Source: Candidatus Bathyarchaeota archaeon (lineage in GTDB: Archaea > Thermoproteota > CALKCG01 > B24 > JAGTQN01). Taken from it: a stretch of DNA of 54,755 nucleotides. Location: contig JAGTQN010000001.1 of assembly GCA_018396395.1 (NCBI GenBank), positions 1-54,755 of the forward strand, given 5' to 3'. Under the pieces are notes generated by a model. The model made no database searches, was not told the origin of the DNA, and was given only the letters and a program-made list of their open reading frames with translations. This document shows, one piece after another, positions 1 to 9,434 of this stretch. Every line of letters begins with the position of its first letter. The stretch's first letter is position 1. The position numbers and the translations under genes were made by a program.

Positions 1-150
1 AACAACTTCCAGTAAGGAAGATGCCCATCCTCAATATATAGGCGCCTCATAAGGCTTTTCGTCCTATGGTATAACTTCATAAGGCGCATAAAACCCTAGG
101 AAGACTGCCAGAAATACCAATAACTTGACAGTATCGGAGCCATCGTAAGT

Positions 151-163
151 AAGGCTTATTTAG
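151..163 (+). promoter_or_regulatory. Putative archaeal BRE/TATA element
   Basis: AAGGCTTATTTAG lies ~33 nt upstream of the ATG at 196. Confidence 0.4.
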
Positions 164-195
164 ACCTCACATGTAGCATAATATGAGATCTTAAA

Positions 196-807
196 ATGTC
201 ACATGTGATACCAACAGGTCACACCCTCAGGGAGATGAGGCTTTCAGCTCGCCTGACTCAGAAGGCCTTAGCTGAGAGAACTGGCTTAAGTCAAGCCCTC
301 ATATCGAGAATAGAAAGGGGATCCGTTGATCCTCGCATATCGACCCTAAGAAAAATTATAGATGTCCTCAATTCTTTGGTAATCCATTCAACGTATGCCC
401 GTGATATCATGAGAAGCCCTGTGATCTCTGTGAACGCATCACAACCTCTGAGGGTGGCTGTGGAGCTTATGAAGAGGTATGATATATCGCAATTGCCAGT
501 TATGCGGGCAGGGTCCGTTGTTGGAAGTATTCAAGAATCTACGATTATCCAAAAAATAGCTCAAGTGAAGGAGGTCTCCAGTCTCTTTCAGGAGCCTGTC
601 GATAAGTTCATGGAGGAGCCTTTTCCTTTTATAAGTCCCGAAACGCCCGTTGAAGACCTCGTCATCCTTCTATCGAAGGGTATCCCAGCCTTATTGGTCA
701 TGGAGAGGAAGAAACTTGTTGGAATAATAACGAAGATTGATTTGATAACCGCCCTTCTGAAGAAGGGCGAGGGCTTTCAGCTAATTAAAGGAGGTGCTTC
801 CTCATAG
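196..807 (+). CDS. XRE-type HTH transcriptional regulator with tandem CBS domains
   Basis: N-terminal LREMRLSARLTQKALAERTGLSQALISRIERG is a Cro/C1 HTH; CBS motifs ARDIMRSPVISV, ISQLPV, VGSI and LVGIITKIDL. Confidence 0.9.
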   Translation: MSHVIPTGHTLREMRLSARLTQKALAERTGLSQALISRIERGSVDPRISTLRKIIDVLNSLVIHSTYARDIMRSPVISVNASQPLRVAVELMKRYDISQLPVMRAGSVVGSIQESTIIQKIAQVKEVSSLFQEPVDKFMEEPFPFISPETPVEDLVILLSKGIPALLVMERKKLVGIITKIDLITALLKKGEGFQLIKGGASS

Positions 808-818
808 ACCCTCTATTT

Positions 819-1547
819 TTGGTAGCTATAGGAGCCGTTGGGCTATCCATCTCCATCGCATGTAGCATAATTTGGTTCGAGAGTAGAAGTACTAGGGAAA
901 TCTCGAAATATCTTGTAAAGGCCTTCAATGAACGTCTTGCAAGGCAAGAAAGCCAACTAGAGGTTCTGAGGCAAGATACTTCTGAAAATACTATGGCTAT
1001 AAACAAACTTGTCCGTAGGGAGGAATTAAGGGGAGCTAGGATTGAAGACTTGGAAAAAAGTGTGATTCTTTCCTTGGAAGCCGCAAGGAAAGTGTTACAT
1101 CACACCCTAGCATTCGAGGGTAGGCTAAGAAATTTGGAGGTGAAGCTCAAAGAAATCGAGGAGGGGCGCCATAACCCTCAGATCCAGGAAATTAAGAAGG
1201 AGTTGAAAGATTTGGCTAGCAAGATTGAAAGCTATGAAATACTTCGCCAAGAAGGCATTAGAAGCGAGATAAAGGAGAATATAATCTTGGAGGAGAAAGG
1301 GGTTCTTTCCAAACTAACACCAACGGAACTAAAAGTTTTGAAGTTATTGTCTTCCGATGGCGCCAAGACGAGTAGGCAAATTGAACAGGTTCTTGGAAAA
1401 ACTAGGGAGCATACTGCCCGTCTTATGAAAAAGTTGTATGTGGAGGGCTATGTCGAAAGGAATTCGGAAAGGCTTCCCTACATATATAGAATCAATGAAA
1501 GGGTTAGAAAGGCCTTAGAAAGCGCTAAATCCCCCAAAGAGGTCTAA
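819..1547 (+). CDS. Membrane-anchored coiled-coil protein with C-terminal winged helix-turn-helix
   Basis: Hydrophobic N-terminus (VAIGAVGLSISIACSIIWF), heptad-rich middle, C-terminal LTPTELKVLKLL...REHTARLMKKLYVEGYVER wHTH; start codon uncertain. Confidence 0.75.
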   Translation: MVAIGAVGLSISIACSIIWFESRSTREISKYLVKAFNERLARQESQLEVLRQDTSENTMAINKLVRREELRGARIEDLEKSVILSLEAARKVLHHTLAFEGRLRNLEVKLKEIEEGRHNPQIQEIKKELKDLASKIESYEILRQEGIRSEIKENIILEEKGVLSKLTPTELKVLKLLSSDGAKTSRQIEQVLGKTREHTARLMKKLYVEGYVERNSERLPYIYRINERVRKALESAKSPKEV

Positions 1548-1975
1548 ACATTCTTCATCATCTGGGAGAATTTTGCCATTTTATAACGCCTTTCTGCTCT
1601 AGATCCAGCTTTCATTAGGAAGCCTGTCTCCGAAAGCCTTTGGAGATAAGTCGAAACTGTGCTGAGGGCTATGGGCTCTTTAAAGACATCTTCATAAGTC
1701 AATTGAATCTCTTTAGAAGAAAACCATCCAATAGGAAAATGTCCTTTTATTATTCCTTTAATCCTTTCAAGCTTAGTAGTATCCGGTTGTTGTCCCTCGA
1801 AGCGTTCTAGGGGATGGTTTTTGGATAGCCCTCCCATCATCTCGAAAAGATCTAGAATTTGGAGGACCTTATCCCTCGATACATTTCCTTCAAGCGAAAT
1901 CGTAAGCCTGTTTCCATCCGAATCGTACAGTTGAAATCGAAGCTTAGAAGGTGCCATAAGCCCATACCACCTCAA
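1544..1975 (-). CDS. Small origin-adjacent winged-helix DNA-binding protein
   Basis: C-terminal FSSKEIQLTYEDVFKEPIALSTVSTYLQRLSETGFL wHTH; divergent from cdc6 across the origin. Confidence 0.7.
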   Translation of the reverse strand: MRWYGLMAPSKLRFQLYDSDGNRLTISLEGNVSRDKVLQILDLFEMMGGLSKNHPLERFEGQQPDTTKLERIKGIIKGHFPIGWFSSKEIQLTYEDVFKEPIALSTVSTYLQRLSETGFLMKAGSRAERRYKMAKFSQMMKNV

Positions 1976-2140
1976 ATTTTTCTGTGCTCAATGAAGTTCG
2001 AAGTTGTGAAGTTGTAGAGGAAAAACATGAAATCTCGGATAGAGTAGAGAAAAAACCATTTTTTGCAGAGTATTTTCGATTCACAATTTCACAAAGGCTA
2101 GAAAGGTAAAAAAGAGATTTTGAATCTTTTTGAACGATTC

Positions 2141-2159
2141 TCCAGTGGAAATCAAGGGG
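2141..2159 (+). promoter_or_regulatory. ORB (origin recognition box) 1
   Basis: TCCAGTGGAAATCAAGGGG matches the archaeal ORB consensus TCCAGTGGAAA plus G-string. Confidence 0.9.
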
Positions 2160-2318
2160 TTCAAATGTAGGGTCTTGTGAAAGGTTTCTAATATGGGGAA
2201 GGAGGGAGATTCTTGCTTTAATGGTTGTAGGGAAGGTTCGGGTTTCATATAGTTCACAGTCAAAAGCTCCTCGATGGTTACTAGGGTTTTCTAAAGGATC
2301 CTTAGGGATCCGCTCCCA

Positions 2319-2337
2319 CCCCTGTTTTTCCACTGGA
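2319..2337 (-). promoter_or_regulatory. ORB 2 (inverted)
   Basis: Minus strand reads TCCAGTGGAAAAACAGGGG; its G-string faces that of ORB1. Confidence 0.9.
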
Positions 2338-2496
2338 GAGTCATCTCCTTTTTGTATTTTCTTCTCTCCTTTTAGGAGAGAATAGAGTCCAAATGTTAAT
2401 CTCTTCTTAACAATTAAAAATTCCTATAAATGGAAATTGAATTTTTATAAAATTTTTTAAACATACTCCCATATACCAGAATTCCTTTGGGAAATT

Positions 2497-2515
2497 TCCA
2501 GTTGAAATAGTGGCG
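2497..2515 (+). promoter_or_regulatory. Degenerate/mini-ORB 3
   Basis: TCCAGTTGAAATAGTGGCG has one core mismatch and a weak G-string. Confidence 0.6.
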
Positions 2516-2650
2516 TAGGTGATTAATACCCCACACTCTTATACATCTTATTTCTCACCATCAATTTCAACCTCATTGAGAAGTTTAAAGAAAACAGTCT
2601 AGTTTATTGTATTACTATCTTTTTTATCACATGCTAATAACTTAATTAAT

Positions 2651-3844
2651 ATGGAGAGTCCTGCGCTATCGGAGATTTTCAACCATTTCTTGAAACAGTC
2701 CATAATCCTGAAGAACCGTGAAGCTCTTCGACCAGACTATGTTCCCGATCATTTACCTCATCGAGATGAGCAGATTAGAAAGCTTGGATGGATTTTAGCT
2801 CCTGTATTAAAGGGATCGAGATGCTCAAATATGTTCATATATGGAAAACCTGGGACTGGTAAGACTGCCGTTACCCGTTTCGTCTTACAACACCTATCCG
2901 CGAAGAGTTCCGAGATAGATACTCCCCTTAGCGTTTCTTATATCAACTGCCGTCTTGCTGGAAGCGAATATAGGGTTCTCTCAATGCTGAGTCAATCAGT
3001 AAAGGTACCAGTCCCCTTTACAGGAATAGCTACCGCTGAAGTTTTCGACCGCTTTAAACAAGGTCTCAAAGCCATGGGAGGTATTCTTATCAGCGTTCTA
3101 GATGAGGTAGATATGCTTGTAAAAGCGAGCGGTGATAAGCTTCTTTATGAGCTTACAAGGATTAACGAAACCTCACCAACAGGAAAGATTGTTCTGATAG
3201 GCATATCGAACGATCTAAACTTTAAGGATCTTTTAGATCCAAGGGTTCTCAGTAGCCTTAGTGAGGAAGAAATCGTTTTCCATCCATATACGGCCGATGA
3301 GTTATACGATATCCTACTCGATCGGGCAAAGATAGCCTTAGTTCAAGATGGTGTTACAGAGGGGGCCTTAAGGCTATGTGCAGCTTTGGCTGCCGCAGAG
3401 CACGGGGATGCCAGGAGGGCTCTAGACCTCCTGAGAGTTGCTGGGGAGCTAGCTGAGCGGGAGGGAGGAAGAGCCATTACAGAGGATTATATTCGAAAGG
3501 CACAGTGGAAAATAGAGCATGATAGAGTGACAGAGGTTCTAAGGACCCTTCCTCTCCATCAAAGGCTTGTCCTCTATAGCGTTTATTTTACACAACAAGA
3601 AAATCCAAAAGAAACCCTAACGGGGAATATCTATGAGACGTACGAGAGGATTTGTAGAAAGGCTGGAATGGAACCCCTTACCCAGAGACGGGTAAGCGGT
3701 CTCCTAAATGAGCTTGACGCCATGGGAATCGTGAACTCTAAACTCGTCAATCTAGGAAGACATGGTCGCTCAAAAAGGGTCCGTTTAAGCATACCCATGG
3801 AACAGGTTCAATCCCTTTTAAAGGAAGAGACCCGTCTATCATAA
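2651..3844 (+). CDS. cdc6: ORC1-type DNA replication initiator Orc1/Cdc6
   Basis: Walker A GKPGTGKT, Walker B VLDEVD, GDARRALDLLR sensor and C-terminal wHTH. Confidence 0.97.
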   Translation: MESPALSEIFNHFLKQSIILKNREALRPDYVPDHLPHRDEQIRKLGWILAPVLKGSRCSNMFIYGKPGTGKTAVTRFVLQHLSAKSSEIDTPLSVSYINCRLAGSEYRVLSMLSQSVKVPVPFTGIATAEVFDRFKQGLKAMGGILISVLDEVDMLVKASGDKLLYELTRINETSPTGKIVLIGISNDLNFKDLLDPRVLSSLSEEEIVFHPYTADELYDILLDRAKIALVQDGVTEGALRLCAALAAAEHGDARRALDLLRVAGELAEREGGRAITEDYIRKAQWKIEHDRVTEVLRTLPLHQRLVLYSVYFTQQENPKETLTGNIYETYERICRKAGMEPLTQRRVSGLLNELDAMGIVNSKLVNLGRHGRSKRVRLSIPMEQVQSLLKEETRLS

Positions 3845-3870
3845 TAACTAGCCATTATCGCTTTTCTCTT

Positions 3871-4500
3871 ATGGGGTCGGGTTTGCTTCCTTCTCCTTCG
3901 CAACAAGTATGGGAGATCATTCCTAGAAAAAAGATAGAGGAAACCAAGGCCTTAGCCTTCGAAGATGGCCCCTTCACAAAAAAGATCGGAACAAAGAAAA
4001 GGAGGGCGCCCCTTATAGCCGTTCTTACTAAGGGCTTTATGGTTTTGAAGATAGCCTTTGATTATCTTAAGGTTGATGGTAGTGAAGCCACGGATCTTAT
4101 GATAGACTTGGAGAAGCATCTTTCAAGCGATGAGGATATAAATATAATATTCCTCCATGGAGTAGCCTATGCCGGTTTTAATGTTGTGGACGTCCAGCGT
4201 CTAAGGGAAGCCACAAATCGCCCTATAATCCTCGTCTTGAGATCCAAACCCAATCCTGAAGCCGTTAAAGAGGCTTTGATAAAGCATTTCAGAGACTGGG
4301 ATAGGCGCCTCGATATTATAAGCAAGGCAGGAGATCCCAGATTCTTCGAGGTATATCCAGGGATACCCATCTTCTACGAAACCATTGGAATGGAAGCCCA
4401 CGAAGCGGAAGCCCTCATAAGAGCCTTTACGATCCTTGGAAAGACCCCCGAACCCCTTAGAATAGCAAGGATCTTGGCAGAGGCCTTAGGCACCTTCTGA
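3871..4500 (+). CDS. DUF99/UPF0215 family endonuclease V-like protein
   Basis: AFEDGPF, VDGSEAT, GVAYAGFNVVD and GKTPEPLRIA motifs; true start probably downstream of 3871. Confidence 0.8.
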   Translation: MGSGLLPSPSQQVWEIIPRKKIEETKALAFEDGPFTKKIGTKKRRAPLIAVLTKGFMVLKIAFDYLKVDGSEATDLMIDLEKHLSSDEDINIIFLHGVAYAGFNVVDVQRLREATNRPIILVLRSKPNPEAVKEALIKHFRDWDRRLDIISKAGDPRFFEVYPGIPIFYETIGMEAHEAEALIRAFTILGKTPEPLRIARILAEALGTF

Positions 4501-5385
4501 GGCTTTGATCTCAAAACCCGAAATCCTTTCCATTCCCACAATTGCGGCTGAAGTTCCCCTATCTCCCATCCCTAAGGCCTCAACTATTCTGAACAACTGA
4601 CTGACTAAGGCCGTTCCTGGAAGAGGTATCTTCAAATCTTCCGCTAAAGAAAGGGCATGGTGCAGGTCCTTTAATTGATGGCTTATTTTAAAACCAGGCT
4701 CAAAATCTCTCTTTATCATTTTAGGAGCCAAATTAGAAAGCATCCAGGATGAGGCAGCCCCTCCCGTTACCACATTCAGCATTTTTTGAAGATCAAGTCC
4801 CGCCTTGGCCGCGAGCATAAGTCCTTCACAAACTGCTTGGATGTTGAGGGCGCATATGACTTGATTGCATAGCTTTGTGATCTGTCCAGAACCGCTTGAT
4901 CCCATATAGGTAATCCTCTTTCCCAGGACCTGGAAAATTGGTAGACATTCTTTGAAGGCATCCTCGGGCCCCCCAACCATGATGGACAGGGTTCCCTGTG
5001 TCGCCCCCACATCTCCTCCGCTTACAGGGGCATCCAGCATCTTTACGCCCTTCTTCTCAAGCTCCTTTGCTATTCTTATGGTTACACGAGGGGATATGGT
5101 ACTCATATCAACGACGATGAGCCCTGGATGGGCTCCCTCTATCACCCCTTGGGATCCTAGGATTACTTGCTCCACATCTGGGGAATCTGCCACCATGGTT
5201 ATCACAACATCGGATTTTTCAGCCACATCCTTCGGAGATTCCCCAGCCACTGCTCCCATGCTGACAAGACCTCGCATCTTCTCCCTAGTCCTATTCCAAA
5301 CGGTTAGTGGATATCCTGCCTTCAAAATATTCGTAGCCATGGGCATTCCCATGACCCCTAAGCCTATAAAGCCAACCCGCTTCAC
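4486..5385 (-). CDS. Beta-hydroxyacid dehydrogenase (2-hydroxy-3-oxopropionate reductase / 3-hydroxyisobutyrate dehydrogenase family)
   Basis: GFIGLGVMG, DAPVSGG and catalytic KLCNQ motifs. Confidence 0.92.
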   Translation of the reverse strand: MKRVGFIGLGVMGMPMATNILKAGYPLTVWNRTREKMRGLVSMGAVAGESPKDVAEKSDVVITMVADSPDVEQVILGSQGVIEGAHPGLIVVDMSTISPRVTIRIAKELEKKGVKMLDAPVSGGDVGATQGTLSIMVGGPEDAFKECLPIFQVLGKRITYMGSSGSGQITKLCNQVICALNIQAVCEGLMLAAKAGLDLQKMLNVVTGGAASSWMLSNLAPKMIKRDFEPGFKISHQLKDLHHALSLAEDLKIPLPGTALVSQLFRIVEALGMGDRGTSAAIVGMERISGFEIKASEGA

Positions 5386-5467
5386 TCAAATCCCTCCTTC
5401 TGCATAAGAAAGATTATTCTTCCTGATGGAATACTCTAACCTTTGATAAAAAGAAACATCATATGCT

Positions 5468-7015
5468 TTAAGGGTTTCTAAAGTCCAAGGATATAACTTC
5501 CATGGTTGACAGGTTAAGGATTGGGACTTGAGCAGGGGTGGGGTCAATCCCATTCTTCTTCAAATATTCAGTTTGCCCTTGCCACGTGCCAGAGTTCACT
5601 ATCAAGGTTCCCCTATAGGTCTTATACTTATAAACGTGAACATGTCCTGCTTGAAAAACATCGGGAGGCTCTTCTATGACTAAATAATCCTTTTTTTGGG
5701 GGGTTATGGGAGTCCTCTCCCCATAAATTGGGGATAGGTGCCTAGCCCTCAGCAGAAGCTCCATGGCTTCATGGGGTTCGCTGAAGGACATATTGGGAGC
5801 CGAAGCTACTACGTCCGGAAGGCTATTTCCATGATAAAGGAGGAACTCAAGGCCGTGAAGCCTTACTCGGGCTGGGTTTCCTAGGAGGTGTAGATTCCCT
5901 AAGCCAAGGAGGGGTTCGGCATACTTCTTAAGGATCGCTGGTTGAGGGAGGGATCGTCTAGAGGCATCGTGATTTCCTGGTATGGCGATGATCTCCACAT
6001 GTTCAGGGATCTCCTGAAGGTAGGAAGCCACAAGCCCATACTGCTCGTAGACATCCGATATGTTTAGCTCCTTTTCTTGCTCAGGATAGATGCCAATACC
6101 ATCGACGAGGTCCCCAGCTATGATTAGGTATTTCACAGTTCCAGCCAGATCCCTTTCCCATGGTGTACCCAGTTCCCCCTTCAGCCATCGGATGAAACGA
6201 TTTAGGCTCCTTCCGAGGAATTTGGTGCTTCCCACATGGAGGTCTGATGTCATAACCACTGAAACCTCAGCCTCAGCCTTGCGCTGGGGATGATCCGGAA
6301 CCTCTGGCCAAAGGATTTCCGAAGCTACCATTCTTCCCTCTCCTACCATGGAACCCACAACGCATATTACTTGATCAAGAAAAATCCTCTGGGCCCTATC
6401 AACTAGGGAGCGCTCTGCATTATGGGGAACGATGACCGTTAGGCTGGACTCTAGGTCCTCGATCTCTAGGCGAGTAATCCCACCTCTTGTTCGCTTATCA
6501 GTGACAAGTCCAATTACCTTCACACCCTTAGCTGTAGGCATCTTAAGGGCTTGTTGTATCGATACAGCATCTCTAGCATCGATCCTCTGCCTGAGAATCT
6601 TCTCTAAACGCCTGAATCGATCCCTAAAGTATTCGATGAAATCCTCGAAGGATGCCTTGGCTTCCATAAATTCTGTAGGATCGAAAAGGATATCGAGCTT
6701 CGTTTCCACCTCGGCAGCTGGAACCCTTGGGGCTTTGGCAACAGCTTCTAACCCCAAGGTACTGGCTTGTTCCTTTGGCTGTAAAAAGCTAAAGGCTTCC
6801 TCCAACAGATTCTTTGAAAGCCAAAGGGGCCGCTCCTCAGGTGATGCAGCCACCTTGGTGGCCTCCTTGACAATCTCATCCAAGTCTACATCTGGTGGAA
6901 GCCTAGATAGGAACTCAAAGCCCTCTTGGTCGATCTGATAGCCAAGCTTAAGGGCAGATACGATGGCCCTTTTAAGTCTCTCATGATGGGGATCTTTAGT
7001 CGTATTGGTTGACAA
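5468..7015 (-). CDS. DNA polymerase D small (3'-5' exonuclease) subunit DP1
   Basis: YFRDRF, an OB fold, and calcineurin-like phosphoesterase motifs SDLHVGS, AGDLVDG, GNHD, YHG, GHVH and NSGTWQ. Confidence 0.95.
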   Translation of the reverse strand: MSTNTTKDPHHERLKRAIVSALKLGYQIDQEGFEFLSRLPPDVDLDEIVKEATKVAASPEERPLWLSKNLLEEAFSFLQPKEQASTLGLEAVAKAPRVPAAEVETKLDILFDPTEFMEAKASFEDFIEYFRDRFRRLEKILRQRIDARDAVSIQQALKMPTAKGVKVIGLVTDKRTRGGITRLEIEDLESSLTVIVPHNAERSLVDRAQRIFLDQVICVVGSMVGEGRMVASEILWPEVPDHPQRKAEAEVSVVMTSDLHVGSTKFLGRSLNRFIRWLKGELGTPWERDLAGTVKYLIIAGDLVDGIGIYPEQEKELNISDVYEQYGLVASYLQEIPEHVEIIAIPGNHDASRRSLPQPAILKKYAEPLLGLGNLHLLGNPARVRLHGLEFLLYHGNSLPDVVASAPNMSFSEPHEAMELLLRARHLSPIYGERTPITPQKKDYLVIEEPPDVFQAGHVHVYKYKTYRGTLIVNSGTWQGQTEYLKKNGIDPTPAQVPILNLSTMEVISLDFRNP

Positions 7016-7140
7016 GGCAGCACCACGATTTTCTTATTCTTATTTTTACCTCACCATATCTTGGGAATAGGTTCGTCTCACAAATTATCTTTACTGCATT
7101 TGAGGTTTAAAAGGAACCCTTGAAGAAAAGGAGTTGATCC

Positions 7141-8310
7141 TTGATCTCCCTCTTTTCCAATCGTCAGAAGCCTACGACCTGTCTCTTATGCGGGGAGGCT
7201 AAGCCTAGGCAAGTTTCTTCAGCCTTGGGCGTCTGCTTAGATTGCCTGAGAAGACATCCTGAGGAAGCCCTTCCCATCATCATCAAAGTCCATGGGAAGG
7301 TCCGTGCTCCATGGGGGCTCCCTCCTAAGCCTCCGAAGACTCACGGCGGTATTCCATGCAACCTATGTTCTAATGAATGCCTTATAGGACCTGGCGAAGT
7401 CGGATATTGCGGCCTTAGGCAAAACATCGGCGGACGCCTAGTATCGAAGGTGAAGACTGACGCAGCCCTTCTCCATTATTACTTGGATCCCCATGTAACA
7501 AACTGCTGTAGCGCCTACTTCTGTCCAGCCGGAACGGGTGCAGGCTTTCCAAAATTCGCCTATAGACCCGGTCCTGAGATCGGCTACTATAACCTAGCGA
7601 TCTTCTTCTACGCTTGCAACTTCGATTGCCTCTTCTGCCAGAATGCGTCCCATAAAGCCTTGGGGGAAGCTCCTTTAGTAACGGCTGAAGAGATTGTGAG
7701 GGCAACCGTCCTGAATGAAAGGATTTCCTGCTGGTGCTTCTTTGGTGGTTCCCCTGAGCCCCAACTACCCTTCGCCCTGAAGGCCTCGGAAAAAGTCCTG
7801 GAAGCCCTCAAGGGTAAAAGAATTCTCCGAATATGCTTCGAATGGAATGGTTGTGGCAATCAAAGCCTTGTAGAGCGTGCAGCCCAGCTAGCCTTGGAAA
7901 GCGGTGGAAACCTAAAGTTTGATCTAAAGGCCTTCACGCCAAGCCTGAGCATCGCCCTAAGCGGAGTCCCCAATTCCAGAGCCTTCGAAAACTTTAGGAT
8001 GGTTTATGAAAGATTTTACAAAAAGCGTCAAGATCTTCCGGTTTTGACGGCTACAACACTCCTCGTTCCTGGCTATGTGGATGCCTTAGAGATCGACGGA
8101 ATAGCCAGGTTTATAGCCTCTTTAGATCGAAAAATCCCCTACAGCCTCCTTGTCTTCCATCCAAACTTTGCCATGAGGGACCTTCCCATCACACCAATCG
8201 AACAGGTGAGGGAATGCCTCCAGGCTGCCGAGAGACACTTGGACCACGTCCATGTAGGAAACCTCCATCTTCTAGGCTTCGCTTCTATGGAAAAGCTCAA
8301 ATCCATCTAA
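7141..8310 (+). CDS. Radical SAM protein, PFL-activating-enzyme-like, with N-terminal Cys-rich region
   Basis: CNFDCLFC is the CxxxCxxC motif; also GGSPEP, FDLKA and additional CxxC pairs. Confidence 0.88.
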   Translation: MISLFSNRQKPTTCLLCGEAKPRQVSSALGVCLDCLRRHPEEALPIIIKVHGKVRAPWGLPPKPPKTHGGIPCNLCSNECLIGPGEVGYCGLRQNIGGRLVSKVKTDAALLHYYLDPHVTNCCSAYFCPAGTGAGFPKFAYRPGPEIGYYNLAIFFYACNFDCLFCQNASHKALGEAPLVTAEEIVRATVLNERISCWCFFGGSPEPQLPFALKASEKVLEALKGKRILRICFEWNGCGNQSLVERAAQLALESGGNLKFDLKAFTPSLSIALSGVPNSRAFENFRMVYERFYKKRQDLPVLTATTLLVPGYVDALEIDGIARFIASLDRKIPYSLLVFHPNFAMRDLPITPIEQVRECLQAAERHLDHVHVGNLHLLGFASMEKLKSI

Positions 8311-8372
8311 CGATGGGATGATTGGGCTTAAAATCGAGAAAAAGCCTAGGGCGAAGCTCCTGAAGTTTCCTG

Positions 8373-9347
8373 TTAGGGCTTTATAATAACTTTCACAGAA
8401 GTATCGCCCTTAGAAGCCAATTCAAAGGCTTCCCTTGCCCTTTGGAGGGGGAACTCATGGGATATCATAGGCTTTAGTTCAATTTTACCTTGAACGATGA
8501 GGCTTATGGCCTCCTCGAAAAGGGCATCGCCGCCCCCTATTCCATAAACAGTCAGGGTTTTGCCTATAATCGCCTCAGGGTCTATCTCTGCACTTTGGGC
8601 GTAGTGGGCAATAAGGCATAACCTACCCCCTGGCTTTGTGAGGGAAAGGGCCTGCCTTATAGTGGCTGGAGTGCCAGCACATTCGAAGGTCACATCGACC
8701 CCCTTCATCCTTGTCATGGAGAAGATACGCTCCTCTAGGTTCTCCATCTTGGCGTCTACGGTAATGGCTCCGAAACGCCTGGCCAACTCCAGTCTTCTAG
8801 GTGAGATCTCGCTTACAATGACTTTACTAATTCCCTCAGAAAGGCATCGTTGAAGAATGAAAAGTCCTATCGGTCCCGCCCCGAGAATAAGGATCTCTTC
8901 ATTCCCTCGGGGCTTCGCCCTCGAGAAACCATTCAAGGCTACTAGTAGGGGTTCTATGATGGCTCCCTCCTCATGGCTAATACCCTCCGGAACCTTGTGA
9001 AGCCTTCTATCAGCCTTAGGGATGCGGATGTACTCGGAAAAGGCTCCTAGGCTCCCGCTTCCTAACCAGTCAACCCCTAAAGTGACCCTATCACCAACCT
9101 TGAAATTCCTCACATTCGCTCCAATCTTAACTACATCCCCACAGTATTCATGCCCCGAGTTAAGGGGATAGGTGAAACGCTGTCCATAGCGAGTTCCCAG
9201 ATACCTGTGGACATCTGAGCCACAGATACCGCAGGCTTTCACGCGAACAAGGACATCCTCCGGGCCTATGGCTGGAACTTCTACTTCCTCCACCCTCAGG
9301 GCCCTAGGTCCGTAGATGATAGCGGCCTTCAAACCAAAAACCTCCAA
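8373..9347 (-). CDS. Zinc-dependent medium-chain dehydrogenase (sorbitol/threonine dehydrogenase-like)
   Basis: CGICGSD, GHE, EPL and GAGPIG motifs. Confidence 0.9.
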   Translation of the reverse strand: MEVFGLKAAIIYGPRALRVEEVEVPAIGPEDVLVRVKACGICGSDVHRYLGTRYGQRFTYPLNSGHEYCGDVVKIGANVRNFKVGDRVTLGVDWLGSGSLGAFSEYIRIPKADRRLHKVPEGISHEEGAIIEPLLVALNGFSRAKPRGNEEILILGAGPIGLFILQRCLSEGISKVIVSEISPRRLELARRFGAITVDAKMENLEERIFSMTRMKGVDVTFECAGTPATIRQALSLTKPGGRLCLIAHYAQSAEIDPEAIIGKTLTVYGIGGGDALFEEAISLIVQGKIELKPMISHEFPLQRAREAFELASKGDTSVKVIIKP

Positions 9348-9434
9348 GGAAACCTTCTTCCATAAATGGAAAATTCCCTAAACGTAAAAATTTCCTTTGC
9401 TCACTCATCTTCACCTCTTTTTTGTTTCGTCAGG

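Larger units (their letters stand above)
2141..2515. other. Probable chromosomal replication origin (oriC)
   Basis: ORB boxes at 2141-2159 (+), 2319-2337 (-) and a degenerate one at 2497-2515 (+); AT-rich tract at ~2391-2460; lies directly upstream of orc1/cdc6. Confidence 0.88.

Noticed and set aside
1944..2333. ORFs of 129 and 60 aa within the origin region
   Set aside because: They overlap ORB boxes and have no protein-like motifs; spurious.
7068..7085. TAGGTTCGTCTCACAAAT resembling the IS5 inverted repeat
   Set aside because: Only 13/18 match, with no partner IR and no transposase sequence nearby.
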